The notes: generated by a model from the letters alone, not told the origin. A stretch of DNA of 64,000 nucleotides from an uncultured Acetobacteraceae bacterium (GCA_964657565.1 CAZZVQ010000009.1:15380-79379), one strand, 5' to 3'. Counted from the stretch's first letter, positions 25,988-38,624 are shown. Program-made: numbers and translations.

Positions 25988-26689
25988 TTACCGCCGGGGC
26001 GCGGCGACGCCGACGATGCGCCCGTCCGGTGCCGCCAGCAGCACCGCCAGCAACTGCCCGGCCGGCGCTTTCTGCCGGATCGACAGCGCCGCCCCGGTCC
26101 ACGCGCCGATGCTCTGGACCGACCGGACGACGTTCCATTCCGTCAGCGTGCGGCCGCTATTCTCGCCCCGGCCGACCGCCGTCACATGCGAGCGATCGTA
26201 GCCGACCAGCACGATGTCGGCGGCGCCGGTGCCGGGTCCGACCGCGACGACCACGTCGCCGGCCGAGGCCTTGACCGACACGGTGGCCAACGTGACCGCT
26301 TCGTCCATCGCGGTGTCGATCGCCTGGTCGATCGCGTCGGGGTCGGAGCCCACCACCGCTTGCGCGCCGTCGACGATCATCTCGGGGGTGAACAGCGTCG
26401 GGTCGGTGCCGCGCATCGTGTAGACGCGCTGGCGCTCGGTGGCCTCGGGGCTGGAGAACGGATCCTTCCAGCCGAGCCGGTCCCAATAATCGACATGGAA
26501 GGCGAGCGGCAGCAGATCCTTGCGGGTGCGGGCGAGGTCGTTGATCATCTCGTCGGCCGGCGGGCATGAGGCACAGCCCTGCGCGGTGAACAACTCGATG
26601 ACGATCGGCCGCTGCTCGGCGGCAACGGCCCGGTGCGAGAGCGACGCCGCCAACAGGCCGAGCGAGGCCAGCCGGATCGCAGGATGCAT
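25988..26689 (-). CDS. Secreted thioredoxin-fold protein, DUF1223 family
   Basis: Only the C-terminal 233 aa of ORF 25988..27724 are plausible. They include a signal peptide (MHPAIRLASLGLLAASLSHRAVAA) and the ELFTAQGCASCPPAD CxxC motif with FHVDYWD. Confidence 0.8.
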   Translation of the reverse strand: MHPAIRLASLGLLAASLSHRAVAAEQRPIVIELFTAQGCASCPPADEMINDLARTRKDLLPLAFHVDYWDRLGWKDPFSSPEATERQRVYTMRGTDPTLFTPEMIVDGAQAVVGSDPDAIDQAIDTAMDEAVTLATVSVKASAGDVVVAVGPGTGAADIVLVGYDRSHVTAVGRGENSGRTLTEWNVVRSVQSIGAWTGAALSIRQKAPAGQLLAVLLAAPDGRIVGVAAPRR

Positions 26690-26712
26690 GAAGATCTCCG
26701 TCGTACGCCCGC

Positions 26713-27981
26713 TTACTCCGGCGGGAGCGTGAGTGTCCACGGCGCCGGCCAGAGACGCATGACATAGGCCGGGTCGGCATGCCATAGCGCAACCTGCTCG
26801 TGCCAGGACGGGCCGTCGCTCACCGGCTGCCACGGCGTGGTGTAGGCGCGCGTTCCCACGATCAGCAGCCACGCGCAGATGGCGGCGGCCGGCCAGCGCC
26901 AGAAGGGATGGCGGCCGGCGGCCAGCGCCAGAACACTGAGTGCCGTCAACGAGAGCGGCACGAAGGCGTAGCGGGCGCCGGCGCGGGGGTGGATCAGCGC
27001 GAGGGTGCCGTCGAGCGCGCCGATATAGGCCGACAGCGCCGCGGCCGCGGCCGCGGCGAGCAACCAGAATGCCGGCCGATTGCCGGCCCGCCAGATCACG
27101 ACCGTGAGCCCGCCGAACACCACGAGCGGGGCGGCGATCGCCAGTAGCGGGACATGGCCGGCCGCCACCGCCGTTTGCAGCGCCGCGACCCTGCCGGCCG
27201 TCGCATCGATGCCGGTGAAGGGCACCATCAAATTCTTGACCGTCACCACCGACAGGATCGCGCCGGGGTCGAGCGTGTAGCCGCGGTCGGTCCCGAGACT
27301 GAAGAAGCCGATCATCTGCACCGCGCTGCCGGACGCCAGGGCGGCGAAGTGAAGCGCCCGGCCGGGCGTGCGGTCCAGCAGGGCCCGGAGCAGGAACAGC
27401 GGCGTGAGCGCGATGGCGCCGGGGCCGCAGAGCGGCGCCAGCACCAGCAGACCGAGCGCGAACGCCATGCGCCCGCCGCGCGGCACCTCGAGCGCGAGGA
27501 TCAGGCCGCACGCCACGGTCAGCTCGAACTGGCAATGCAGCGTCTGCAGCCAGATCTCGTCGGAGCCCGGCACCACCAGCAGCAGTGCCACCCCGGCCAG
27601 CCGGACCGGCCAGGGCTGCAACCACGCATCGCGCGCCGCCAGCAGGATCAACGGCGGGACGAGTTGGAACACGAGCGCCACCGCGATCGTGAGGTAGGGC
27701 GCGTTGGCCACCGGCACGAGCCACCGTGCCGCCAGCGTCGCCCCGTTGGCGACGAGGTTGAGGTAACCGCCGACCGGCACCGCCAGCGCATGAAGCGGGT
27801 CGAGCGTCCAGGCATTGGCGAAGAAGACCGCGCCCTCTTCGGCCCAGAAGCGGCCTTTCAGCACGATCTTCGGCATCCGAAGCAGCACCAGGCCCGCATA
27901 GAGCAGCAGCGCGAGCGCGACCAGCCGCGGGCCGAGGGCGATCGGCCGCCCCACTACTCGCCCCAGCGTGGCGGACCTCAC
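26713..27981 (-). CDS. Polytopic integral membrane protein, unknown function (~10 TM)
   Basis: The GTG at 27981 overlaps the kinase stop (GTGA). The 422-aa sequence is almost entirely hydrophobic helices. I recognise no catalytic motif. Confidence 0.7.
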   Translation of the reverse strand: MRSATLGRVVGRPIALGPRLVALALLLYAGLVLLRMPKIVLKGRFWAEEGAVFFANAWTLDPLHALAVPVGGYLNLVANGATLAARWLVPVANAPYLTIAVALVFQLVPPLILLAARDAWLQPWPVRLAGVALLLVVPGSDEIWLQTLHCQFELTVACGLILALEVPRGGRMAFALGLLVLAPLCGPGAIALTPLFLLRALLDRTPGRALHFAALASGSAVQMIGFFSLGTDRGYTLDPGAILSVVTVKNLMVPFTGIDATAGRVAALQTAVAAGHVPLLAIAAPLVVFGGLTVVIWRAGNRPAFWLLAAAAAAALSAYIGALDGTLALIHPRAGARYAFVPLSLTALSVLALAAGRHPFWRWPAAAICAWLLIVGTRAYTTPWQPVSDGPSWHEQVALWHADPAYVMRLWPAPWTLTLPPE

Positions 27982-30329
27982 GCGGGCGCGGCCGTGCCGG
28001 TCGGGCTCAATCCGCGCAGCTGTTCGGCGAGTTCGCGATAGGTGGTGTTGCCCTTGGTCAATATCTGGTCCGCCTCGCCTTGCAGGAGCTGCCGCTCGTC
28101 GGCGGTGATGTCCTTGGCGGTGAGTATGACGACCGCGATGTCCTGCCAATCCTCCCGCGCCCGCAACTGCTTGAGCACCATGAAGCCGTCCATGTCGGGC
28201 ATCATGAGGTCGAGCAGCACGACGGCCGGCTTGGCCTCGTCGGCCATCGTCAGCGCCGTCGGGCCATCGGCGGCGGCGCGCACCTTGAAGCCGGAGCGGT
28301 TCAGCATGGCGGTCAGGCGGGTGCGCGTGTCGGCGTCGTCGTCCACGACGAGGATGTCGTCGCCGATCGCGCCGAGGCGGTAGCGGGCCAGCACGGTGCG
28401 CAGCTCGTCCCACTCGATCGGCTTGGCCAGGTAGTCGTTGGCGCCGAGCGACGCCGCCAACCCCTCCTCGTGCACGAAGGACACCATGATGACCGGCGTG
28501 GCGGCCAGGTCCGGATCGCCGCGGATCGCCGACAGCACCGACCAGCCATCCATCTGCGGCATCATCACGTCGAGCAGCACCACGCGCGGATGCAGCGCCT
28601 TGGCCATCGCCAACCCGGTCTTGCCGTCGCCGGCCTGCCGGGTTACGAAGCCTTCGCGCTGCAGGTAGCGGGCGATGAGGTCACGTGTCCCGGGATCGTC
28701 GTCGATGATCAGCACGCTGTCGTCGCGCGGCGTCATCTCGACCGCCTCGATGGGCTCGGCCGGCGCTTCGGCCAGCTCGACCGGCACGCGGATGATGAAG
28801 GTCGAGCCCCTGCCCTGCTCGCTGGTGACGTCGACCTCGCCGCCCATCAGCTCGGTGAAGGCGCGGGTGATGGACAGGCCGAGCCCGGTGCCGCCATAGC
28901 GGCGCGTGGTCGACGAATCCGCCTGCACGAAGCGCTCGAACAGGCCCGCGAGCTGCTCGGGCGTCAGGCCGATGCCGCTATCCTCGACCGCGAACTCGAC
29001 CCAGTCCCGCTGCTCGCGCTCGAAGCGGCGCACCCGGAGCGTGATGGTGCCGCGCTCGGTGAATTTCGCCGCGTTGCCGAGCAGGTTGAACAGGCATTGC
29101 CGGAGCTTGACCTGGTCGGTGTGCATGCCGCCGAGCGGCTGCGGCGCATCGATCAGGAGCGTGTTGCCGCGTTTGCCGACCAGGCTGCCGACCATGTCGG
29201 CCACGCTCTTGAGCAAGGCGTCGACCGAGAACGCCTCGGCGAACGCCGTCATCCGGTTGGCCTCGATCTTGGACAGATCCAGCACGTCGCTGATCATGCT
29301 CAGCAGGTGGCGCGCGGCCTCGTTGATCTTCTGCAGGTCGCCCAGCATGTGGCTCATGCCGGCGTCCTGCACCTCCTCCTCGAGCATCTCGCTGTAGCCG
29401 ATCACGGCCGAGAGCGGCGTGCGCAACTCGTGGCTCATATTGGCGATGAACTGGCTCTTGGCCAGGTTCGCCGCCTCGGCCGCCTCCTTGGCCCGCTGCA
29501 GCTCGATCTCGGCGGTCTTGCGGGTGGTGACGTCGGTGTGGATGCCGACCCACTCGAGGACGCGGCCGTCGTCATCCATCACCGGCGCGCCGCGGCCCGC
29601 CACGTAGCGCCACTCGCCGTCGGCCCGGCGCATGCGGTGCTCGATCTTGTAGATGCCGCGCCGCGCCACCGCGTCGTTCCACGCGGCCATCGTGCCGTCG
29701 CGGTCGTCGGGGTGGATGGCGTCGAGCCATCCCAGGCCGGCGATGTCCGCCTCTGACTGTCCGGTGAAGTCGCGCCAGGGCGAGGTGTCGCCCATCAACT
29801 CGCCCGTCACGTTCGCCCGCCAGACGATCTGCGAGACCGCCGCGACCAGCGAGCGGTAGCGGTGCTCCTTGCGCACCATCTCCTGTTCCTGCTCGATCGC
29901 CTCCGAGATGTCGGTATTGGTGCCGATCCAGCGGATGATGTTGCCTTCGGCGTCACGCGACGGCGTCGCGCGCGAGAGGAACCAGCGCCAGACCCCGTCA
30001 TGCCGCCGCAGCGGGAAGGTATCTTCCCAGTCTTGACCCGCCTCGATCGACCGCTTGAACGAGGTGACCACCCGGTCGAGATGCTCGGGGTCCTGCACCT
30101 TGTCCCACCCCCACCCGATCATCTCGTCGACCGCGAGGCCGGTGAACTGCACCCAGCGGTCGTTGTACCAGAATATCGACCCCGACGTGTCGGCGAGCCA
30201 GCACAGTTGGGGCAAGCCATTCGCAAGCGCGACCAGGTCGGAGAAGTCAGGCTGCTGTGGCATGGATTTCGAGGACCGATCCCGCTCCGAATGACAACCC
30301 TGACGCGATGACGCTTCCATGGGTTGCAC
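27978..30329 (-). CDS. Soluble hybrid sensor histidine kinase (2x PAS, HisKA, HATPase, 2x receiver)
   Basis: The H-box is [10 protein letters not shown]1 and G2 boxes are present (NAAKFT, DSGIGL, GGTGLGL). Two receiver domains follow (LIIDDDP...[11 protein letters not shown] and LVVDDDA...[11 protein letters not shown]). No TM segment is present. The start is ambiguous (30329 GTG, 30320 ATG or 30263 ATG). Confidence 0.9.
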   Translation of the reverse strand: MQPMEASSRQGCHSERDRSSKSMPQQPDFSDLVALANGLPQLCWLADTSGSIFWYNDRWVQFTGLAVDEMIGWGWDKVQDPEHLDRVVTSFKRSIEAGQDWEDTFPLRRHDGVWRWFLSRATPSRDAEGNIIRWIGTNTDISEAIEQEQEMVRKEHRYRSLVAAVSQIVWRANVTGELMGDTSPWRDFTGQSEADIAGLGWLDAIHPDDRDGTMAAWNDAVARRGIYKIEHRMRRADGEWRYVAGRGAPVMDDDGRVLEWVGIHTDVTTRKTAEIELQRAKEAAEAANLAKSQFIANMSHELRTPLSAVIGYSEMLEEEVQDAGMSHMLGDLQKINEAARHLLSMISDVLDLSKIEANRMTAFAEAFSVDALLKSVADMVGSLVGKRGNTLLIDAPQPLGGMHTDQVKLRQCLFNLLGNAAKFTERGTITLRVRRFEREQRDWVEFAVEDSGIGLTPEQLAGLFERFVQADSSTTRRYGGTGLGLSITRAFTELMGGEVDVTSEQGRGSTFIIRVPVELAEAPAEPIEAVEMTPRDDSVLIIDDDPGTRDLIARYLQREGFVTRQAGDGKTGLAMAKALHPRVVLLDVMMPQMDGWSVLSAIRGDPDLAATPVIMVSFVHEEGLAASLGANDYLAKPIEWDELRTVLARYRLGAIGDDILVVDDDADTRTRLTAMLNRSGFKVRAAADGPTALTMADEAKPAVVLLDLMMPDMDGFMVLKQLRAREDWQDIAVVILTAKDITADERQLLQGEADQILTKGNTTYRELAEQLRGLSPTGTAAPA

Positions 30330-30362
30330 TTACCTGCTGTGACTGAGCGGAAACTTAGGATG

Positions 30363-32420
<2,058 letters not shown>

Positions 32421-32424
<4 letters not shown>

Positions 32425-33431
32425 GCGGGCACTCCTTCGGTCAGTTGGGGCAGCGCGCGCGCCCATTCGGCGCGCAGCCGGGAAGCCAGCGCCGGGTCGC
32501 GCACGATGAGGACGAGGCGCGAGCGGCGGTCGGCGCTCGGCCAGTCCGGCAGCTCCGCCGGCGGATGCAGGACGTGGTGCACGCCCTGGATCACGACGGG
32601 GCGCGGCCGGCCGGCGATCGCCAGCAGCCCCTTCACCCGCAGCAGCGCGTCGGCATGTCCGGTGCGGACCGTGCGCAGCCAGCGGTCGAATGCGGACCAA
32701 TGCAGCGGCGCCTCGGCGACGAGCGAAACCGAGCTGATCCCCTCGGAATGGGTGTGGGGCGCGTGCCGCTCGACCCATTCGGCAATCGGCGAGACGGGCG
32801 CCGTGAGGTCGAGGAAGCTGGCCGAGAACAGGGCCGCCGGGTCGGCGGCACCGTGCCGCGCTTCCAGCACCCGTGCTCCCCCCAGAGCGTCGATGACGGG
32901 CGCCGGGTCGGCCAGGTCGCCCTTGGTGACCACGAGAACATCGGCCAACGCGACCTGCTGCCGCGCTTCCGGATGCTCGTCGAGCTGACGCAAGCCGAAC
33001 ATCGCGTCCACGACCGTGACGATGCTGTCCAACCGCATCACGCGCGATAGGGTCGGCTGGCGCAGGATGGCCTGGGCGATCGGCGCCGGGTCGGCCAGGC
33101 CGGAGGGTTCGACGATAAGGCGGGCGAAACGCGGGATCGCCCCGCTCTCGCGGCGGCTGAAGATGCGCATGACCGCGTCTTCCATGTCGCCGGCGAGGTT
33201 GCAGCACAGGCAGCCATTGGCCATGACGACGGTCTTGTCGTCGCCATGGTCGATGAGGTGCTGGTCGAGCGGGATCTCGCCGAACTCGTTGATGGCGACG
33301 GCGGTATCGGCCATGCGGGGGTCTTGCAGCAGGCGGTTCAGCAGCGTGGTCTTACCGCTGCCGAGGAAGCCGCTCAGGACGGCGACGGGAAGCCGGTCGC
33401 GATCCTCCTCCGGGCTCAGGGGGTAGATCAT
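32421..33431 (-). CDS. COG0523-family (CobW/HypB/UreG-type) metallochaperone GTPase
   Basis: It has the P-loop GFLGSGKTTLLN and the metal-binding CxCC motif (GCLCCNL). ATG at 33431 (MIYPLSPEED...). Confidence 0.85.
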
Positions 33432-33438
33432 GCGGCCC

Positions 33439-33493
33439 GGTGGGCTGAAGCCCACCCTACGAAGGACATGTGTAGGGTGGGCTTTAGCCCACC
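33439..33493. repeat. REP/BIME-like element: two inverted 22-nt hairpin units
   Basis: GGTGGGCTGAAGCCCACCCTAC lies at 33439-33460. GTAGGGTGGGCTTTAGCCCACC at 33472-33493 is its reverse complement with one loop difference. Each unit has an 8-bp GGTGGGCT/AGCCCACC stem. The element is intergenic within an operon. Confidence 0.8.
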
Positions 33494-33510
33494 AACCCCA
33501 CACGCAGCCA

Positions 33511-34707
33511 TCAACGGTTCACCAACTTGCATTCGCTCTGGCTGAGCGGCCGGAACGCCTGATCGCCGGGGATCGTCGCCACGATGCGGGCGAGGTCCCA
33601 CGGGCCCTTGCTGGCGCCGGGCTGCTTGACTTGCAACACCTGGATCGGCCGGATCACCCGCCCGTCGGGCCGCACGGAGCCGCCGCCCGGCGTCATGAAA
33701 TCCTCGACCGGCAGCTCGCGCATCTTGGCCATCACCGCCGCGGTGTTGGCCGTATCGGCCGCCTTCACCGCCTTCAGATAGTGCATGATCGCGCCATAGA
33801 TGCCGGCCTGATAGCTGTTCGGCTCCGCACCAACGCGCTCGAAGAAACGCTTCGACCAGGTCCGCGCCGCGTCGTCCTGATCCCAGTAGAATGCCTCGGC
33901 GAAATAGATCCCCTTCGCCGTCTCGAGCCCGATCGCCTTGACGTCGGTCACCGTCATCCAGAACCCGGCCAGCTTCTGCCCGCCATCGATGATGCCGAAC
34001 TCGCTCGCCTGCTTGGCCGCGTTGACCAGGTCGCCGCCCACGTTCATCAGCGCCACCACCTGCGCCTTGGACGCCTGCGCGGCCACGATCGGCGACGACA
34101 TGTCGGTCGTGAACAGCGGATGCGCCGCGCTGCCGACCACCGTCGCCCCACCGGCCGCCAGCACGGGGAGGATGTCGCGCACCAGCGCCTTGCCGATCGT
34201 GATGTCCACCGAGAGCAGGAACCACGTCTTGTTCCCCTCCGCCAGCAGCGGCGCCGGCACCGCGTGGTCGATCGCGTAGGTGTCGATCACCCAGTGCAGC
34301 CCGTTCGGCGAACACTGCGACCCCGTGATCTCCGGCGCGCCCGACCCGGTGATGATGCTGATCCGGTCCTTCTCGCGCGCCATCGCTTGCACGGCCAGCC
34401 CGATCGCCGAGTTCGACAACCCGGTGACCATCTGCACGTCTTGCTTGTCGAACCACTCCCGCACCAGCGCGGATGCCACATCCGGCTTGCTCTGCCCGTC
34501 CCCGGTGACCAGCTCGATCTTGCGGCCGATCACCTCGGGGCCAAAATCCTCCACCGCCATCTGCGCCGCCACGACCGCGCCCTTGCCGTAGACCGAGGCC
34601 ATCGAGGTGCTGAGATCCTCCTCCATGCCGATCCGCAGCGGCGGCGTTTGTGCCTGCGCCGTGCTCAGCGCGGTGGCGGCGAGCAGTCCCAACAGCAACT
34701 TCCTCAT
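33511..34707 (-). CDS. ABC-type periplasmic solute-binding protein, type-I fold, orphan (paralog)
   Basis: It has a signal peptide (MRKLLLGLLAATALSTAQA). It is a paralog of 18586..19794 and 50428..51657. Confidence 0.85.
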   Translation of the reverse strand: MRKLLLGLLAATALSTAQAQTPPLRIGMEEDLSTSMASVYGKGAVVAAQMAVEDFGPEVIGRKIELVTGDGQSKPDVASALVREWFDKQDVQMVTGLSNSAIGLAVQAMAREKDRISIITGSGAPEITGSQCSPNGLHWVIDTYAIDHAVPAPLLAEGNKTWFLLSVDITIGKALVRDILPVLAAGGATVVGSAAHPLFTTDMSSPIVAAQASKAQVVALMNVGGDLVNAAKQASEFGIIDGGQKLAGFWMTVTDVKAIGLETAKGIYFAEAFYWDQDDAARTWSKRFFERVGAEPNSYQAGIYGAIMHYLKAVKAADTANTAAVMAKMRELPVEDFMTPGGGSVRPDGRVIRPIQVLQVKQPGASKGPWDLARIVATIPGDQAFRPLSQSECKLVNR

Positions 34708-34720
34708 GACGTCGTCTTCC

Positions 34721-35617
34721 CTATTCGAATGTGATGCCGACGCTCTGCGGCGTCTGGCCGATCTCGGCGCCCCACGCCTCGGCGATCGCGTCCGCGGTCC
34801 AGCCGCCGGGTCGATACGCCGCCTCGATCTCTTGCGGATGCGACCAGACCGAGAGCCGGTCGCCGCCGATCCCGATACATTGGCCGGTGATGCCCGCCGA
34901 GCGGTCCGACGCCAGGAACACGAACAGCGGCGCCACGTCGGCCGCGGTGCCCATGCCCATGCCGACGCGGAGCTGGTCCGGCACGGGCTCGCCGCGCTCG
35001 ACCGCGGCGGCGGCCTCGGCGAACATCGGCATGGTGGCGACCATGCGGGTCAGTGCGTTGGGCACGATGGCGTTGACGGTCACGCCGGCCTTGGCGGCTT
35101 CCATCGACCAGGTGCGCGCGAAAGCGGCGATGCCGGCCTTGGCGGCCGAATACGCGGTCTGGCCGAAATTGCCGCGCTGCCCGGCGATCGAGGCGACGAG
35201 GATCAGCCGGCCGCCACCGGGTCGCGAGCGGAAATGCCGGATCGCGGCGCGGGCGCACGTGAAAGTGCCACGCAGATGGGTGGCGATGACGGCGTCGAAA
35301 TCGACATCCTCGGTGTTCCACAGCACGCGGTCGCGCAGGATCCCGGCATTGGCGCACATCGCGTCCAACCGCCCGAACGCCGAGAGCGCCCGCTCGACGC
35401 ACAATTCAGCCGCTTCCGCCGTCCCGATCGCCGCCACCGCGGTCACGGCCCGGCCGCCCTCCCGCTCGATCCCGGCCACCGCCGCCTCCGCCAGCCCGGC
35501 CTCGACATCATTGACCACCACCGCCGCCCCCGCCGCCGCCAGCGCGCGGGCCGCCTGCAGCCCGATGCCCTGCCCTGCCCCGGTGACCACCGCGACCTTG
35601 CCGCCCAAATCCATCAT
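34721..35617 (-). CDS. SDR-family oxidoreductase (3-hydroxyacyl-CoA dehydrogenase-like)
   Basis: It has the TGAGQGIG cofactor motif and the YSAAK catalytic motif. 298 aa. Its start overlaps the crotonase stop (ATGA). Confidence 0.85.
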   Translation of the reverse strand: MMDLGGKVAVVTGAGQGIGLQAARALAAAGAAVVVNDVEAGLAEAAVAGIEREGGRAVTAVAAIGTAEAAELCVERALSAFGRLDAMCANAGILRDRVLWNTEDVDFDAVIATHLRGTFTCARAAIRHFRSRPGGGRLILVASIAGQRGNFGQTAYSAAKAGIAAFARTWSMEAAKAGVTVNAIVPNALTRMVATMPMFAEAAAAVERGEPVPDQLRVGMGMGTAADVAPLFVFLASDRSAGITGQCIGIGGDRLSVWSHPQEIEAAYRPGGWTADAIAEAWGAEIGQTPQSVGITFE

Positions 35618-36426
35618 CGCCCCCTGAATACCGCCGGCCGCTTTTCCATGAAGGCCAGCGGCCCCTCGCGCGCATCCTCGGTCGCCATGATCGCCGCCTT
35701 GGCCGCATCCTCGAGATCATACGCCGCCCCGAGCGGCAGCCCGCTGCCGTCGCGCACCGTGCGCTTGATCGCGCGCACTGCGACGGGGCCGTTGGCGGCG
35801 ATCCGCGCGGCGAACGCCATTGCGGTCGGCAGCACCTGGTCCGCCGGCACGACACGGTTGACCAAGCCCATGCGCAACGCCTCGTCGGCGCCGACGCTGT
35901 CGCCGAGTAGAAGAAGCTCCATCGCGTGACAATAAGCGACCTGCCGCGGCAACCGTGCCAGACTGCCGGCGAACGGGATCAGCGCTCGCTTCACCTCCGG
36001 CAGCCCGAAACTCGCATGCGCCGCCGCGATCCTGATGTCGGCCGCCAGCACCGTCTCCATCCCGCCGGCCAGACACGCCCCATTGATCGCCGCCACCACC
36101 GGCTTGTCGAACGCGAACCGCCGCAGCGCCGAGCGGTCGATGATCGCGGAATCGGCCAGCAGACGCCGGTCCCACTCGTCCTGCGGCGCCCGCGCGCCCG
36201 TCATCAGCGGCAGCGTCAGCGCGAGGTCGCCGCCGCTGCAGAACGCCCGGTCGCCGGCGCCGGTGAGCACGACGACGCGCACCGCATCGTCCCCGGCCGC
36301 GGCGAGCAGCGCGTCGGCGAGGCGGCAGGCCATCTCCGGCGAGATAGCATTGCGCGCGGCCGGCCGGTTGAGCGTCAGCAGCAGGACCCCGTCCCGCTCC
36401 TCAGACAGCAGATGCGGCTCGCTCAC
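35614..36426 (-). CDS. Enoyl-CoA hydratase/isomerase (crotonase) family protein
   Basis: The GTG at 36426 overlaps the ligase stop (GTGA). Crotonase blocks are present: FCSGGDL, KPVVAAINGACLAGGMETVLAADIRIA, FGLPEVKRALIP. Confidence 0.85.
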   Translation of the reverse strand: MSEPHLLSEERDGVLLLTLNRPAARNAISPEMACRLADALLAAAGDDAVRVVVLTGAGDRAFCSGGDLALTLPLMTGARAPQDEWDRRLLADSAIIDRSALRRFAFDKPVVAAINGACLAGGMETVLAADIRIAAAHASFGLPEVKRALIPFAGSLARLPRQVAYCHAMELLLLGDSVGADEALRMGLVNRVVPADQVLPTAMAFAARIAANGPVAVRAIKRTVRDGSGLPLGAAYDLEDAAKAAIMATEDAREGPLAFMEKRPAVFRGR

Positions 36427-38039
36427 AGGCGGCTCCGGGCCATCTCGCGCAGCTCGAACTTCTTGACCTTGCCGCTCGCGGTCTGGGGAAACGCGTCCAC
36501 CACTTCGATATAGCGCGGCACCTTGTGCCGGCTGAAGCTCGCCCGGGCGTAGTCGCGCAGCTCCGCCGCGGTGACCGCCCCCGCTTGCCGCAGCATCACG
36601 AAGGCGAACGCCTCCTCGCCGAACTCCGGATCCGGCACGCCGACGACCTGGGCCTGCTCGACCGCCGGGTGCAGCATCAGCAGGTTCTCGATCTCCGCCG
36701 GATACAGGTTCTCGCCGCCGCGGATGACCATGTCCTTGGTGCGGCCGACGATGCGCAGCGTGCCGTCCGCCTCGAGCGTGGCGAGGTCGCCGCTGTGCAG
36801 CCACCCCTCGGGGTCGATCGCGTCGGCGGTGCGGTCCGGCATGTCGAAATAGCCCGGCGTCACGCCATAGCCCTTGATGCACAGCTCGCCGGGCTCGCCC
36901 AGCGGCACCGGCTCGCCACTCTCGGGCGCGACGACCTTGATCGCGGTGAACGGCAGCGGCACGCCGGCGGAGGTGCTGTTCCGCTCGAAGCCGTCCTCGG
37001 GCCGGGTCTGGGTGATGAGCGGGCTGGCCTCGGTCATGCCCATGATGACCATCGGCTCCGCCCCGAACGCGTCGCGCAGCGCGGCCAGCATGCTCGGCGG
37101 GATCGTGGTGCCGCCGGTGAACGCGGTCCGCCAGGTGGAGGCAGCACGGTACGCCCCGTCCTGCACGCCGGGCTCGGCCAGCAGCCGCAGATACATGGTC
37201 GGCACGGCGTTAACGACGGTGATCCGCTCCTGCTCCAGCAGCGCCAGCGCCCGGGGCGCATCGAAGGCCGCCATCCCGACGTAAGCGCCGCCCTGCGCCA
37301 GCATGCCGAGCGCGTTGCAGACGCAGCCCGCGGTGTGGAACAGCGGCATCACCGCCAGCAGCCGGCTGTTCTCGTCGAACCCGGCGCGCTCGCCCATCAG
37401 CTTGGCGTTGTTCAGCGTGCCGTGATGGGTCAGCATCACGCCCTTCGGCGCCCCGGTGGTGCCGCTGGTGTATTGGATCTGCGCCACGTCTTGCGGCCGC
37501 ACCGCCGCCTGCCGCGCCGTCAACGGCGCATCGGCTCCGTGCAACAGAGCGTCGAACGCGGCGCCGCCGATCTCGATCACATGCCGCAGCGCCGGCAACC
37601 CGGCTGCCACCGCATCGCGCACGCTCGCCAGGTAGTCGTTGCCCCGATACGCGGCCACTGTGAACAGCGCCACGACCCGGCCCTGCCGCAGCAGATACGC
37701 CAGCTCATGCGCCCGATAGGCCGTGTTGACCGTCACGAGCACGGCCCCGATCTTCGCCAGCGCATAATCCAGCAGCAGCCATTCCGGGATGTTCGGCGCC
37801 AGCACTGCGACCCGGTCGCCGGGGTCGATGCCCAGCCCGATCAACCCGCCGGCCAACCGATCCACCCGCTCGCGCAGCTCCGCATAGGTCCAGCGCACGC
37901 CCAGCTCAGGGAACACCACCGCCTCGCGCGCGGCGAACCGCTCGGCCTGGCGGTCCAACATGGCGCCGACGGTGCAGTCCAGCAGGGCGGCGCCAAACGA
38001 GTCGGCCGCCCAGACGGACACGCCTCCCTCAATGGCCAC
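36423..38039 (-). CDS. AMP-dependent acyl-CoA/aromatic acid-CoA ligase
   Basis: It has the AMP-binding motif YTSGTTGAPKGV, plus GEL.IKG, TGD and IVGR.KD blocks. 538 aa. Confidence 0.9.
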   Translation of the reverse strand: MAIEGGVSVWAADSFGAALLDCTVGAMLDRQAERFAAREAVVFPELGVRWTYAELRERVDRLAGGLIGLGIDPGDRVAVLAPNIPEWLLLDYALAKIGAVLVTVNTAYRAHELAYLLRQGRVVALFTVAAYRGNDYLASVRDAVAAGLPALRHVIEIGGAAFDALLHGADAPLTARQAAVRPQDVAQIQYTSGTTGAPKGVMLTHHGTLNNAKLMGERAGFDENSRLLAVMPLFHTAGCVCNALGMLAQGGAYVGMAAFDAPRALALLEQERITVVNAVPTMYLRLLAEPGVQDGAYRAASTWRTAFTGGTTIPPSMLAALRDAFGAEPMVIMGMTEASPLITQTRPEDGFERNSTSAGVPLPFTAIKVVAPESGEPVPLGEPGELCIKGYGVTPGYFDMPDRTADAIDPEGWLHSGDLATLEADGTLRIVGRTKDMVIRGGENLYPAEIENLLMLHPAVEQAQVVGVPDPEFGEEAFAFVMLRQAGAVTAAELRDYARASFSRHKVPRYIEVVDAFPQTASGKVKKFELREMARSRL

Positions 38040-38120
38040 GGTCGTGCCCCGACATCATCCCGCTTCTCTCCCTGGTCGGCAGCCCGCTGACCGGGCATAC
38101 CAGAATAGTTGCGCCGTGCG

Positions 38121-38139
38121 ATGTTCGGCGCTCGAACAT
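38121..38139. promoter_or_regulatory. Candidate MarR operator: ATGTTCG-N5-CGAACAT palindrome
   Basis: The 7-bp arms are perfect. It lies in the 141-bp divergent region between the acyl-CoA ligase (-) and the MarR gene (+). Confidence 0.4.
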
Positions 38140-38180
38140 TCAGGCCGGTGGCAGCCGGCTGTCAAGCGTGAGGACTTCCA

Positions 38181-38624
38181 GTGGCGATTCGCCTCAGCCC
38201 CGGCCCGCTCGGCGACACCATCGGGTATCGCCTGCGCGTGGCGCAGATCGCCCTCTACCGTCGCTTCGAGGCGAAGCTCGGCCAATATGGCGCCGCGCCG
38301 CGCTACCTCGGCCTGCTCGCGATCATCGCCACCCAGCCGGGCCAGCCGCAGAGCCGGCTTGCCGAGGCGGTGTCGTTGAAGCGGTCGAGCCTGGTGGCCA
38401 TCATCGACCGGCTGGCGGAGGAGGGCCTGGTCGAACGGCGGCGGTCGCCGGCCGACCGCCGGGTCAACTCGGTGTGGCTGACCGAGCAGGGCGAGCGGAT
38501 CCAGCGCGAGTTGGTGGCGTATGCGGAGCAGGAGGAGGCCAAACTCGCCGCCGGCCTGAGCCCGGACGAGCGCGCGGAGTTGATCCGGCTACTGGGCCGG
38601 GTGGTCGACAATCTCGGCGAGTGA
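38181..38624 (+). CDS. MarR-family transcriptional regulator
   Basis: 147 aa. It has the winged-HTH core (QPQSRLAEAVSLKRSSLVAIIDRLAEEGLVERRRSPADRRVNSVWLTEQG). Confidence 0.9.
   Translation: MAIRLSPGPLGDTIGYRLRVAQIALYRRFEAKLGQYGAAPRYLGLLAIIATQPGQPQSRLAEAVSLKRSSLVAIIDRLAEEGLVERRRSPADRRVNSVWLTEQGERIQRELVAYAEQEEAKLAAGLSPDERAELIRLLGRVVDNLGE

Noticed and set aside
24132-26201. 689-aa ORF on the + strand
   Set aside because: It is antisense to the PLP decarboxylase, which has the DPHK motif. The translation is Arg/Gly-rich low complexity.
26690-27724. N-terminal ~345 aa of ORF 25988..27724, and the N-terminal 144 aa of ORF 26713..28413
   Set aside because: These are Arg/Pro/Gly-rich shadow translation overlapping the membrane-protein and kinase genes. 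The real genes start at 26689 (DUF1223) and 27981 (membrane protein).
28080-29756. 558-aa ORF on the + strand
   Set aside because: It is antisense to the hybrid histidine kinase, whose H-box, N/G boxes and receiver domains are clear.
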